Source of the DNA: Octopus bimaculoides
Taxonomy: Eukaryota
Length of the DNA: 64,000 bases
Assembly: GCF_001194135.2 (NCBI RefSeq)
Contig: NC_068989.1
Location: 65,825,765 to 65,889,764, forward strand
Direction: 5' to 3'
Shown here: in pieces, positions 26,259 to 41,082 of the stretch
Numbering within the stretch: the stretch's first letter is position 1
Layout: each line of letters opens with the position of its first letter
Notes under the pieces: generated by a model
What the model was told of the DNA's origin: nothing
What the model saw: only the letters and a program-made list of their open reading frames with translations
The model's database searches: none
Program-made: the position numbers and the translations under genes

Positions 26259-27399
26259 CAGTAAGTCATAGTNNNNNNNNNNNNNNNNNNNNNNNNNNNN
26301 NNNNNNNNNNNNNNNNNNNNNNNNNNNNNNNNNNNNNNNNNNNNNNNNNNNNNNNNNNNNNNNNNNNNNNNNNNNNNNNNNNNNNNNNNNNNNNNNNNNN
26401 NNNNNNNNNNNNNNNNNNNNNNNNNNNNNNNNNNNNNNNNNNNNNNNNNNNNNNNNNNNNNNNNNNNNNNNNNNNNNNNNNNNNNNNNNNNNNNNNNNNN
26501 NNNNNNNNNNNNNNNNNNNNNNNNNNNNNNNNNNNNNNNNNNNNNNNNNNNNNNNNNNNNNNNNNNNNNNNNNNNNNNNNNNNNNNNNNNNNNNNNNNNN
26601 NNNNNNNNNNNNNNNNNNNNNNNNNNNNNNNNNNNNNNNNNNNNNNNNNNNNNNNNNNNNNNNNNNNNNNNNNNNNNNNNNNNNNNNNNNNNNNNNNNNN
26701 NNNNNNNNNNNNNNNNNNNNNNNNNNNNNNNNNNNNNNNNNNNNNNNNNNNNNNNNNNNNNNNNNNNNNNNNNNNNNNNNNNNNNNNNNNNNNNNNNNNN
26801 NNNNNNNNNNNNNNNNNNNNNNNNNNNNNNNNNNNNNNNNNNNNNNNNNNNNNNNNNNNNNNNNNNNNNNNNNNNNNNNNNNNNNNNNNNNNNNNNNNNN
26901 NNNNNNNNNNNNNNNNNNNNNNNNNNNNNNNNNNNNNNNNNNNNNNNNNNNNNNNNNNNNNNNNNNNNNNNNNNNNNNNNNNNNNNNNNNNNNNNNNNNN
27001 NNNNNNNNNNNNNNNNNNNNNNNNNNNNNNNNNNNNNNNNNNNNNNNNNNNNNNNNNNNNNNNNNNNNNNNNNNNNNNNNNNNNNNNNNNNNNNNNNNNN
27101 NNNNNNNNNNNNNNNNNNNNNNNNNNNNNNNNNNNNNNNNNNNNNNNNNNNNNNNNNNNNNNNNNATGTATGTATATACGCATATGATAAAAAATTGTTG
27201 CTCATAATTTATTCGTATAAGTATATTCGATTGATTGCCTGGCGATATTACGTCTTCGCACCTGTATATTTGAAGATGAATTTTTGTTTCCTCTCTTTCC
27301 CGCATCACTTCTCACCCAATCCATCCCACGCACACACCATTCGCCATGATATTTTAGGTAATTAACTTTCGCACTTATATTGCAACAGATTCAAGCAGA

Positions 27400-27627
<228 letters not shown>

Positions 27628-28344
27628 ACACAAATAATATATTTACGGCATCGTAAAATCAAGAATCGTGCCATTTCACTAGATTTTCTATAAAGATTCA
27701 TTGAATCTTCTTCTCCATTCATTTTTACCCAGAACGGTTGCTTACACAGAGAAAGACAGTGTGTGATTGATTAGCAAAATCTGATTGGTAGACGCATAGA
27801 CGTTTCGTTATTTCATTATTTCATTTGTATGTCTTGCTCTCTTTTCTGTAAATCGATTACCGATATAACAAGAAGGACAGGTTTTAGTTGACGAATACTT
27901 GTTTACACATATTTTTTTTCTCTCATACGACTTTTTTTTTTTTACCTAAATCTCTAACAGGCGCCTGTTACCGGGGAAAAAAACCTCTTAGGTATAAATT
28001 TGTTAAAATCTTTGAATGATTATATAGGTCAAGTCACCAGACATACTTATCTGAAGACATAACGCTAGTTAACTTCCAGCGAACACTATTCTCGTACGTC
28101 CTCTGTACGCCTGTACACACGGAAAATTAGTAACCTTACTTTATACATATCTCTGATGTTTTATCCTCGTAAAAAGTATGCATATCACACAGGTTATAAA
28201 TGCGCGCATATGTACAAACAAACATACATACATGCATACACATAAACACACGCACACACACACACACACACACAGATCGATCGATAGATAGATACATACA
28301 TACATACATGCATACATACATACATACATACATACATGATAGAT

Positions 28345-28490
28345 ACTCATGTGTACGGCGGGTTTTCACCCAGTTCCTGTCTACCAGATTCACTCATAAT
28401 GTATTGTTCAACTGGGGTCTATACAAGGAGACACTTGCCCTAGATCTAAGCTAGTATACTGTGGTACTGAACCAAAAACAATAGTAGTTG
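28345..28490 (-). mobile_element. SINE family A fragment, decayed
   Basis: cagttcctgtctaccagattcactc...gagacacttgccc matches the reverse-complement family A body. Confidence 0.5.
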
Positions 28491-29422
28491 CTAAACGAAT
28501 ATCATATTGAATATAGCTGTGTGAGTGGGTATGTATGTGTATATATATACATATGTGTGTGTAACATATGTGTATATATATATATATATATCATATGTAT
28601 ATTATGTTATTTTATATTATATCATATAAAGGTAAATCGATAACGAATGACGCATTCAAAAGCAAAAATAACAACAGTCTAAGGGACGTTAACAGTGAAT
28701 ATTATTAGCTTTACGCTTGAAGAAAGTTTTACAAAGATACTTCAAATTTAAAAAAAAAAAAATCTAACGTTCTGCGCAGAGCCCTTCATGGAAGAGTAGA
28801 AGTGAGAAAGGGGAAGGAGGTGGAGAGATACTATATGAATCAGGAGAAAAGCACGTGATCGAAAACAACTGATCGGAAGTTGGAGAGAGAATATGAGCTT
28901 TTTGTTGGCAGAAGAGTGCTTAGGTTTGTGTGTGCTGGTGTGCGTAGGTGTTGTTCTCTGTGTGTCCGTGTGTTAAATGAGCGTTTGTGAATATGTATAT
29001 ATACAAATGTAGATATTTGCATATAGAGAACGACAGAGAGGAAGAGAGAGAGAGAGAGGGAGAGAGGGAGAGAGAAACAGACAGACAGAGAAGGAAATAC
29101 AGGTATATGGTATTCTTGAACCATTACAATTAGGAGAGCTCTGTCTGAGAAGAGGATGGCCATAAGATTGCTTGTATGTACGAGTTATTGTGAAGCGACA
29201 TTTGCGTATGTATGTTTGTGTCAGTATACAAGTATTTCGTGCACACATACACACTTACACACGCAGAAGTATATACATGCATACATACATTATGCATACA
29301 CACATATATATACATTTATATATACACACACATACACACAAACATACACACAAATGTATATACATATGTGAGTATTTGTATGTATATACACACGAATATG
29401 CATGTATACATACATACTTTTA

Positions 29423-29437
29423 TAGATAGATAGATAC

Positions 29438-29487
<50 letters not shown>

Positions 29488-29496
29488 GGATAGATG

Positions 29497-29544
<48 letters not shown>

Positions 29545-29545
29545 C
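29423..29545. repeat. (GATA)n tetranucleotide microsatellite
   Basis: Read directly. Confidence 0.95.
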
Positions 29546-29945
29546 ATCTCGTTAAATTTATCTCATGTGTTTCAATGATTAGGAGGTTGAGTTACATCTT
29601 TCGAATTGGTATTTATTGCACCGAACTTTGTGTACAATTATTCCCCTTGCACTCACGCCTAATGTAACCGCATTATCACTCTCGGTGAATGTAGATGCGA
29701 TAACTGTTAGATGCACACGCATTTCGATTTTTCTATTTTCCTTCTCCGTTCTTTTCTCTCAGTTCTTTTTTCTAAGACGAAGAGTGAAAACTCGAAACGT
29801 AAAACACATTTCCTTCTTGTTTTTCCTTTTTCCTGAGCGGCAAACTAAAACACAGAATTTGATATTTACCTTGTGTTTGTGATGTATATTTTTCATCACA
29901 CACACACACATGTATGTATTATGNNNNNNNNNNNNNNNNNNNNNN

Positions 29946-29980
<35 letters not shown>

Positions 29981-32584
29981 TAAAACAGAAGCGCATTAGT
30001 TGTATTTCAAATATTTATATCATTATTATTAGTCAACTATATCAACAAGTTACCAATTAACTAATCGACAGCTTGAATGAGCGCTCGATAAATCAATGAA
30101 TCAGCTGCTTTGTCAGAATCCTTTCTTCTCTGTTCGCATCCTCATCAATGATTTAAACTAATTGTTTCAAGTCTGTCTCGTCGCTTCGAAATTTTTTTTC
30201 TTTTTTTTTACTGTATGAGTGTGAGTGAGTGAGTCGGTCAGTCAGTCGGAGATTGAGTGTGTGAGTGAATACGTGAATACACAATAACATAGGAGCTAAC
30301 ATATTTTTAACTGAAATTACACCTGAACAAGATCATTCAAGGGAGAGAAACACGTAAACGAATCGAAGCCATTCACAGAGTATTTCTAACAACATTGAGA
30401 ATGCCTCTTAATAAAAACCCCATGAGTCTATGATCTGCCAATATAATCATAAGTGCATTAAGGTGTGCATCGTTTTATAATTGAATCGATTCCTTCTGCT
30501 GTATAATGCATGATGATAGTGTTTATTTGTAAAATACCTTTGATCTCATACTATGATACAGTTGTATTCTTTTAGTTGTTAACATTGTCATTGTTTAACC
30601 TGATCTAATCGAACCAACAAGAGTTCAAATGAGTTCAAAGAGTAATTATCCCATTATTGTTTAATGTAGAATAATACGCCAAGTAATAATTTACTTTGGC
30701 TACATATATCTCTTTCTTTTTCTATAAGATGGTATTTCATTATACGTCTACTGGTTCTAGTCATAGGGCTATGGTCACGCTGGGGCATTGCCCTTAACGA
30801 TTTTTCTGTAATTTGTCGAAATTCCTCATAACGATTACAGTTGTCTGGTGTTTATTGTATCGAAATATATATATCGAATAATTCCTTTATATATTTGTAA
30901 CAAAGGTGCTTAGTCAAATTCATAAGTATAGACAAACTCATAAACTTACATACATACATATGTACAAGTGTGTGTATGTCTGTTTCCATGACTTTGATTC
31001 CACAAACATTCTGTTTACTAAATGTGAAACTTTCGTCAACTCGAGGGTATTGTAAGAAACAACTTTACCAAGACACTATGCATTGGCATCGAATTAAGTA
31101 TCATTCGTTTGCGAAGTCAGCTTCTTAACCACGTATCTTTGAACAGCATGGTGTGATTTTAGGAGATATAGCTACTATTTCTAGTATACAGCGAACATCC
31201 TCTTTCGATCGTTTTATCCAAGCTTCATATTAATGTTTTTTCTCTAATATATCGATTATTTTTCTATACTTTCTCCCTGGTTATATAAATATATCACGGA
31301 TGAAAAAAAATTATTAATCTCTAAGTTGTGAATCTGAATCTTCATAGGAAAACAACTGGTAAATTTCAACAGCTCAGGCATGGTAATAGTATCAACGTCA
31401 CATATAATCTGTTCACGAGAAGACCAGGTGTGACCAGTTGTATGCTCCGGCATGACTATGAAGTGAAAAATTTCGCTTCGCCATTTTGTGGCTTCGAGTG
31501 CAATTCCACTGCTTAACAAGTTTGTGCAGATATATACTAAGTACTATTATAAAAGAACAAATAAGTGGTATCGTCTTGCAATTTGCTGGTAAAATTGAAC
31601 CATAACCCAGTTTAATACCTCCACCTGACCTCTTCATACGTTTATTGGCCTTCACCTTATTGGAAGATAAAGTCCTCACTTACTGTCCATAATTACAGAA
31701 GGCCGCAAAAGAGCCATAAGCTATGCTAGTTGTTGCGTGATTAAGGTCAGAAATATAAGAATTATGTAAGCCGAAAAGTTGTTATTCGCCCTGCAAAAAC
31801 TAGTAGGGGATTCATACTCAAATCGCAAAACGTCTTAAAATTATAAGATATAGATTGGGTAACCTAAACCTAGTCATATTGCTGACGTAAATACGAGGTG
31901 AATTATCTGTCGTCATACTATGATCGTAAAGATATAACATGGGGTTAATCAACAACAATAATAACAGCAACCATTATGTCGTTCTCTTAAGGGAATTAGC
32001 GTTTCGCATAGTGTTGCAGAGCAATCGTCATTTCTAAAAGTCGTCACCAAGATTTGGTTTCAGCATTTGAAATAGCAGAGCTGCATAAATATTGGAGTGG
32101 TGAAGGGATAAAGGAAGTTCAAAATGACATTACTGTGATCGCAACTAGGAATGCTATGGCAGAACAAGATCATACACAGATTAGATTAATTTAGTTTTAA
32201 TTCATCCTTTCATTCTGCTACAAGGATTGGTTTCAATCATTAAGCTATCGCCACATAAGCTATGGCTACTGGGGCAGCAGTCATGTGTTTTGTCGGCCAT
32301 ATTTACCATTGTACTAATTTTATACGTTAGCATTGATTTTATTAATATCTTTATGTTTGACCGTACACAAAACAATACATAAAATGCAAAGAGAGATCCG
32401 AACACAAATATACATCTACACTTGCATCTGCCTCTATTTTTAACCGTCATCTCGTCTCTTTATCGATCTGTCTATTGACCGATCGATCAATTTACCCTGT
32501 CAATTTCCCTCGCTCCCACTTCCTCTTTCTCTCACCCTACATATATGTTTATATATATGTATCTATATATCCTTATATATGCAT

Positions 32585-32632
<48 letters not shown>

Positions 32633-32691
32633 TTATACGCATGTACACATATATATATATGTATATATATATGCATGCATATGTACGTATG

Positions 32692-32729
<38 letters not shown>

Positions 32730-32890
32730 TGTGTATGCATATAATTATATATACACGTACAAATAAATCAGGGTCCCGAAATACCAGCTTGCTAGAAATA
32801 GGAGCCAACATACCTACCTCTATTTAGGTTAAACTTGCTGGCCACTTTATTATTATTGTTATTTTTAATGGTGATAATACTTTATCAAAT

Positions 32891-32940
<50 letters not shown>

Positions 32941-32981
32941 TGTGTGTGTATGTATATACATACATATATAAATATACATAT

Positions 32982-33019
<38 letters not shown>

Positions 33020-33440
33020 NNNNNNNNNNNNNNNNNNNNNNNNNNNNNNNNNNNNNNNNNNNNNNNNNNNNNNNNNNNNNNNNNNNNNNNNNNNNNNNNN
33101 NNNNNNNNNNNNNNNNNNNNNNNNNNNNNNNNNNNNNNNNNNNNNNNNNNNNNNNNNNNNNNNNNNNNNNNNNNNNNNNNNNNNNNNNNNNNNNNNNNNN
33201 NNNNNNNNNNNNNNNNNNNNNNNNNNNNNNNNNNNNNNNNNNNNNNNNNNNNNNNNNNNNNNNNNNNNNNNNNNNNNNNNNNNNNNNNNNNNNNNNNNNN
33301 NNNNNNNNNNNNNNNNNNNNNNNNNNNNNNNNNNNNNNNNNNNNNNNNNNNNNNNNNNNNNNNNNNNNNNNNNNNNNNNNNNNNNNNNNNNNNNNNNNNN
33401 NNNNNNNNNNNNNNNNNNNNAACAAACGATTCTGAAACAA

Positions 33441-33492
33441 TTAACCCTAACCCTAACCTTAGGGTTAGGGTTAGGATTAGGGTTAGGGTTAA
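33441..33492. repeat. Interstitial telomere-type repeat with strand switch (CCCTAA)n-(TTAGGG)n
   Basis: ttaaccctaaccctaacc ttagggttagggttaggattagggttagggttaa. Confidence 0.85.
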
Positions 33493-34821
33493 AGCAAATT
33501 TAAAATGAAAAAAGCAAATAAAACGAAGGTATGGAGATTAAATACGCTTTACATCGCTTAATTAGCCAAAGGAGTAAATGTAAACAACTGAATACTTTTC
33601 AGTGATTGGTTGAAATTATCGAAATAAGACAATTTTTTACATGAAATAAATTCGAATACAAAAATATTTTTCTGTTCTATAACACAAAATAGATAAGTAT
33701 ACGAAGTTTGAAAGTCTTTCCGTACCAAAAACACTTCGTAAAACATTAATGAAAAATGTGGCCCCCGTTTTAAAATAGATCCCAATTTACTTGGAAAAGG
33801 ATGCATGGCGTTCAATCATGTAAAAATATTAATAGTATATAAATATATGCGTATATTGATACATATACGTACATACCTACATTTATATGTGTACATACAT
33901 GCATGTATGGGTACGGCCATCATAAAGAACACGTTAAACACAATGAGAAACGAGACATAAAGACGAAAACAGAAAAGGAACTTTTTTTCGAACAACGAAA
34001 AAAACTGAAACACAGAGAAACCTGACATACAAACTTGGTACCTGTGTGTTGTCAGCATAAGGCTTGAAGGCTTCAAGTGCTACCTTTTACAATGAAACTA
34101 ATCTTTATATGAAACACGTAATGTGTTCTTTGAGGAAGACACGCTTGGATTTTCTAACAGTTTGATCGACCATGTAGAGGTTCCTAATAATTTTATTTCG
34201 AAATTCAGAAAAACTACTTTCGAAATATTGAACAAAGTAATACAAAACAGCACATTATTTTTATGACAGAAACATAGAAACCCTCTTAACTCGCTGCAGT
34301 ATGCTCTCTTTTACCTGCAGCTTTCCATAAAAGTTTCTAAGCAATTAATATATTAGCTGATGCAGTAACGCATACATACTAATCAGCGCTCATTTTCTAT
34401 ACAATATATCATTTTACAACCAATGACTTGATAGGAAAATTTATTAATTATGTTTTTAACGATTTAGAATAAGTAGACATATTATGTAACCATTCATGGA
34501 CATAATTGGGCATTCATATTAATAACAGGCAAGAATTTGTATTACAAATACGTGTATATATATATATATATATNNNNNNNNNNNNNNNNNNNNNNNNNNN
34601 NNNNNNNNNNNNNNNNNNNNNNNNNNNNNNNNNNNNNNNNNNNNNNNNNNNNNNNNNNNNNNNNNNNNNNNNNNNNNNNNNNNNNNNNNNNNNNNNNNNN
34701 NNNNNNNNNNNNNNNNNNNNNNNNNNNNNNNNNNNNNNNNNNNNNNNNNNNNNNNNNNNNNNNNNNNNNNNNNNNNNNNNNNNNNNNNNNNNNNNNNNNN
34801 NNNNNNNNNNNNNNNNNNNNN

Positions 34822-34868
<47 letters not shown>

Positions 34869-35394
34869 TACATACATCTCTACACATACATGAACTTATA
34901 AATACACGCAAGTGTGTGCGTGTGTGTGAGAGTGTGTGTGTACTGATGTTTGTGTCTCTTCAGCATTCCCATTGTGTTATCTTGCTTTTCGTATATTACA
35001 ACAACCAGTTAGGAGAACGGAATCTCAGCAATATTGTCAATGATGAAATAATATATATTATTAAAAAAAATAATACAATATTCCATGAAATAGTGAAGAA
35101 AATAATATAAATACAGTATAAAAACATAAAACCTGTTTTTTTCCTTCCTTTCTTTTCTGAAAGTAGCCAAATATTTATGAAAATAGATTTAAAAGCTTCG
35201 ATAAAGCAATAGAGTCTGGAGCTATTATACGTACGAGAGACAAGAAGTAAATCAAAATGCTAAACGACTTACTAATAGCTGTTGCATCTAGGTGCAAACA
35301 AACAACCAAATAAACAGATATATGAATAATGAAATATAATAAAACACACCATTATGAAGAGAATATATCGTTATTTGATGTAAATGAAAACAAA

Positions 35395-35439
<45 letters not shown>

Positions 35440-35449
35440 NNNNNNNNNN

Positions 35450-35485
<36 letters not shown>

Positions 35486-37849
35486 AAGAAAGAGAAACAG
35501 TGAAAAAGAGAGAGAGAGAAAGAGTGGGAGTGGGGAAAATAAAAGGAGAGGAAAATCAATCTTCTTTACCGTGTATATACATACATTGTGAAATCTTTAT
35601 CAAAATGTTTTGCTAAGTCATTTGTATACATATACATCAGCTCAGTCTTTCGCACACGCTTACTGACAGGAACACACATGCAGACACAGAGAAGCGCGTA
35701 GACACATACGTATGCTCACTTTCACAGAAGCACAAACAGAAGCTCAAATAAATGCAAATATATTCATCCATATGCATAAATACACTAATACATAAATACA
35801 CTCAAGAAAACACTCGGATATACATTCACAAACAGAAACCTGTACAGCGCCACAATTATGCAAATACAATCAAGTAATCACACAGAGACACACGTTTATA
35901 CACATATAAAAAGAACGTATTCATACACATACGCATACATATACACATGCATAAAGACACAAATAAATGCACAATCTCGAATAGATACACAAATACATAG
36001 TAAAACACACCTAACCTATCGTTCAGACGTAAGCATACAAACACACCCACCTAAAACAAATACGAACGCGCATAGAAATACATTGTCATGCACAGAAACA
36101 TACATGTGAAATACATCCTCTATTCTGGTGCTATCACGCAAAGGTGCATTAACGCACACATACAAAGGAGCGACAAAAACGTAGTCCAAGACACACAGCA
36201 ACCACATATAGATATAAAAACATACATCAGCATCAATAAACACACCCACTAGCACAAACATGCAGAGATGCACACGTCCATGCATATATACATACAAACA
36301 CACAAACAATTACTGAAAACGCGACGAGAGAGAGAAAAAGACTGAGAGGCGGAGATGACAAAGAAGTCGTTATGCAGCATGAGTAAAAGAGAGAAGAAGG
36401 AGTAAGGGGAGAATGCGAAAAAGAGAGTGTAACGAAAAAGACACCTGCCCCCGTTATCACACGACCTGCTAGAAATACCAACTAAGTCTTCCCCACATTA
36501 CATTTTTTGCCTAACACATACATTCATACATTTAACTGTCTCTAACTTTAAAAAAACTTTGGGATGGTCAGGGCTGGGATGCGTTTTGTTATAAATTTTA
36601 TAAATCAAGCGTAAACTAGAGTTAAAGAGCGGCTTCTGAACACGAAGCGGCGTAGTCAAGTGAGGAACACCTCATAATAAGTTTACACATGTGAATTTCT
36701 TTGCAAGTGGATTTGTTAGATGCAAATTTGAAGCTATTCAGTAGTAAAGAAATAAATATTCTTTGTTTGAGTCAATACAGGTCCATGGATTTATGGGTTC
36801 ATATCTGCACACAGTTAGGTGCAGGGGTGACTGCACACAGTTAGGTGTAGGCATGGGCATTCATATAACAAGTGTACATTGCAATATTATCATCAGTCCG
36901 AATATGCTTGATGTGTGTTCGAACTGGGGAACAAGTTAGTCACTGCGTTTTGTTCGAACGTGCCTCAAATATATTCGGCCCCATAATGACATTGCAATTT
37001 CCCTTACCACTGCTTAGAGATCCCACTCCGTAATGAATGTATATGTCCTCTAATTAAAGTAGACTTTTATGTTGTTCTGGAGTTGGTTTTGAAGAGAGGG
37101 CCCTTCGACTATTCAACTTTGTCTATGCAAAAAGTGACGCTAACTATGTTTTCATCAAACGCTCACAGGTGAACTTTTTTGCACCTCATTTTTTTATGCA
37201 ACTATGTTTGTGTGTATGTGTTCATTCAAGAAATCTGAACTGTAAAATCTCTGAAATGTGTTATTTTCACTGTAGTAATAATCGATTATATTTTCGAGAA
37301 TGTTAACCAATATACAATGTTCTTTCTGGCAAAAATCGACCAACCCCAGGTTTTGATACAGACCTATTATTAAATAACTCAATGCATCTAAAAGAAAGGG
37401 GACAATGGAGAAATTTTAAACAGAATACAAGAACTGGGTGTATTTATGTTATATTCCTCTTATATTATTTGAATTCATACTCTAAAGAATGAGATGGTCG
37501 TAACAAAAAAGCAAAACACTGGTGCTAACATTTGGGTAAAAACAATGGTTAAAAGATGGAATGTGGACATGAGAAGAGCATATTTATTTGTTTTGTTCCG
37601 CTTCCACATTGTATTTGCACAGAGCTGGACTCTTTATCTGAAAAGCCCAGATTTTCGAGACTATTACTTTGATTGGTAGTAACATAGCTAGGTGCACAGC
37701 ATAATCATAAGTATAAAAATGAATGTATTACAGTTATATAGCTTATGGAAAAATAAACAGTTTCTCATTGAGAAAAATTTTCATTTGTACACTACAGATG
37801 AATAAGGAAGGTCTTTATAGACAATATCCGACCAGGTTATACAGAACAA

Positions 37850-38110
37850 GAAACGTTTTCTTGGCGATACAATGAGAGAGCTTGGCGAACTTTAGCTGTA
37901 ACTCTCCGGTGATTTATTGCGATATCATCAGATGGGTTAAAGTCGCTTTATAGCCCACTAACGCAGAAATAATGGATCTCCTCAGTGGAGGTGGGACAAA
38001 ATTCCTGCATTTGAAGGAGTGTACTGAGAATTGAGAAATACATTGGTGAATATATTTTTGAAGTTGTAGCATGAGATGTTAGAATGGATGCTATCTTCGT
38101 ATAAGTAAGT
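37850..38110 (-). pseudogene. Possible highly decayed LINE APE-endonuclease remnant
   Basis: Minus translation TEEIHYFCVS*...DIAINHRRVTAKVRQAL loosely resembles the APE C-terminal IDY...SDHRxVxAK motif. Confidence 0.25.
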
Positions 38111-39416
38111 CACAGTAAGTAGCAAGTCCATTAAAACTTCTGGTATTTATATATGTTTAAAATGAGTTGACTAATTAGGGATCGATGTTCATAGCCATGT
38201 TTGTAGAGGCACCAACGTTGCAAGGAGGATTAAACCAAGATATTATCCACTTTCAATCTCTTGTCAGTAGTATCAATTTAGTAACATTCAGGTTAACAAA
38301 TTTTGTGAAAGCATTCTCCCCGATAACACAGCGTACTAACGGGGAAGCAAGATGACACAGCGTACTAACGGGAAAGCAAGGTAAAGAAATAATATGTGTA
38401 TATCGTTTCTAAGTATAGCTGCAGTCTTTCAAATTCCTATGAATATAAATAGCTTCCTCATCTGACTTCCTATAGATGCTGTACTTAACTGAATTCATCT
38501 CCAAGTAACATTCCAGAAGTTATCAGCCGTTACACCGTGTACCCTACAAAGCTTCTCTCTAAATTTATCCATGATATAACTGCTCATAGTCCTTGAAATA
38601 TCACCTATTTAAATTTGCATAGTTATTTTCAGCATCGTTCAGAAAACTCAATACATTGCTAAAACCTATATGGGCAGAAAGTGGCCGATTTTATTAATTT
38701 CAGCGTTTTTACGGCTTCATCAGACGACGAGTTTCTTCGTTTCCTGATGTCTATAGAGAGTTTAAAGTATACTGAAATTCAGATGCAACTACCCTAATTT
38801 GCAAAGCAATGTAAAAATTGCAAACTGAAATATCATATAATTGATGCATTCCATTATTGGAATAAATAGCGTTGTATGTTAAATTTATGGGCCGCTACAT
38901 TTCTACTTTACAAATACCGAAATGTGCTTTAATCAATATACAAAAATGCACACACATATATTGACCTAGCCACCTATCTATTTTACTAGCTAACATTGCC
39001 CCCCCCCTCTCTCCCCTTTTCTTTTTTTCTTTCTTTCTTTCTTTCTCCCTCTCTGTAGATATATGTGCACACCTGTATGTGTATAGATGTATACATGTAC
39101 ATATATAATGATATAATATATAACTCATTCTCTGTCTGAAGAATACTTAATAGGTGATATCGTACATATTTTCTACTACGTGTGCAATTGTGTCCCCTAT
39201 TTGGAAATGAAAGACATGTAATGGTGATATAAATATGACCAAAAAATTTCCAATGTCCTGTTTTGATATATAATTACTGTACAAAAATATTTCCCAGTAT
39301 TTTCAACTCACACAAACAGAACATCTACATATGAATTTGGAATACTGGAATAAGCATAAATGCTTCAAAAAGAAACAACTTGGCCTACACACACACGCGC
39401 ACACACATACACATAT

Positions 39417-39465
<49 letters not shown>

Positions 39466-39746
39466 TATATANNNNNNNNNNNNNNNNNNNNNNNNNNNNN
39501 NNNNNNNNNNNNNNNNNNNNNNNNNNNNNNNNNNNNNNNNNNNNNNNNNNNNNNNNNNNNNNNNNNNNNNNNNNNNNNNNNNNNNNNNNNNNNNNNNNNN
39601 NNNNNNNNNNNNNNNNNNNTGCATACATAAATAAATAATGCATATAAACATATAAAATATATGCATATTATATGTGTGTGTATGCACATCTGTAAAAGTA
39701 TAATCTTGATTACTTACACACATACACACACACACATACACACACG

Positions 39747-39810
<64 letters not shown>

Positions 39811-40992
39811 TATACGCTCACACACAAACCTATACCATATGTGTTTATATTTAAGATGATACCTTGTCTCTATTTTTACAGACGTACTTACACATATAAC
39901 GCGTACGAACAATATGTATTTATTTAGTCATCTACGGATGTATTGTGTTTCTGTATTGAGTGGATGTTGTTTTGTTTGAAAACTTTGGAGCTAAAACTTA
40001 TAACCAATTAGATATTGTTCCCGAAAATGGGTATTAGAGCAACAAAAACAGCAGACAGAAGTAGAAAATTATGAAGTTAGAGAACTACCCTATATGTATT
40101 ACTATTTATTTTACAATGGTATCACTTTGAAAAAGTATCATTTGATTTGAACAATAGAAAAAATATAGAGAGACATAGAGAGAGATAGAAATCAAGCTAA
40201 AGCGTAAAGAAAAATAAAATACCAATATAGAAAATTGAAACCGATTAAGTAACAAAGAGCTATATAATTTGAAGAATGGAAAAGAATAGTTGAATTTGAA
40301 ATGGAATAAAAATAAATATCTCGATTATGCGCAAATTGGATAGAGATAGAAATCAATGGATAAACTGCAAAAACTAAAGTGAGTCAAGCGAAGAGAAAGG
40401 GTGGGTGAAAATAGTTTGTTAGTAAATCATTCATCGTTCCAGATCTTTGAACTTGAAGACATATCTGCACACTGGTATAAAAATACGAGGAAAAATACCC
40501 ATAGCTAAAGAGAGAAAATTATAGTATATTAATAATGAACCAATTATATAAAACTTAAATATCTCCTACATGAAAATTCACACAAATGCAATTTAGAAAT
40601 TCTAGGTTTACTACATATGTGTGTGTCAGAGAGGGAAAGATACAGTGAGAAAGTGGGGGTTTTTTTTGTTATTAAATCTAATTTAAAAATCAAATTACCT
40701 ACTTTATTTCCTTTATGTTGTATAGCAATTTTGCATTTTCTAATTATAACTAATAATTTGTGAATTTTATTTTTTTACTTTTATATAGTGAGATTTTCAT
40801 TGCTCGAAATTAGTAAATAGTTCTCCATATTTATATATATAAATATTATAAAAAATGTTATTTAAAATTGAAAGATTCGCCGAAAATAAAGTTTCCGTGA
40901 ACATTAGTGGTAAAACTTGGTTTCTAAGTATGTATGGATCTGCCCGTACAGATGCGTGCGTACATGTGCGTGTGCTTGCATGTGCGTGCGCT

Positions 40993-41082
<90 letters not shown>

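Noticed and set aside
30080-30160. Hox/Pbx-like and E-box motif cluster as an enhancer
   Set aside because: Short AT-rich motifs are common by chance here; conservation data would be needed.
38322-38379. 29-bp direct repeat x2 as a CRISPR-like array
   Set aside because: Adjacent tandem duplication with no spacer, in a eukaryotic context. Similar short duplications occur at about 36805-36850, 48691-48734 and 62330-62355.
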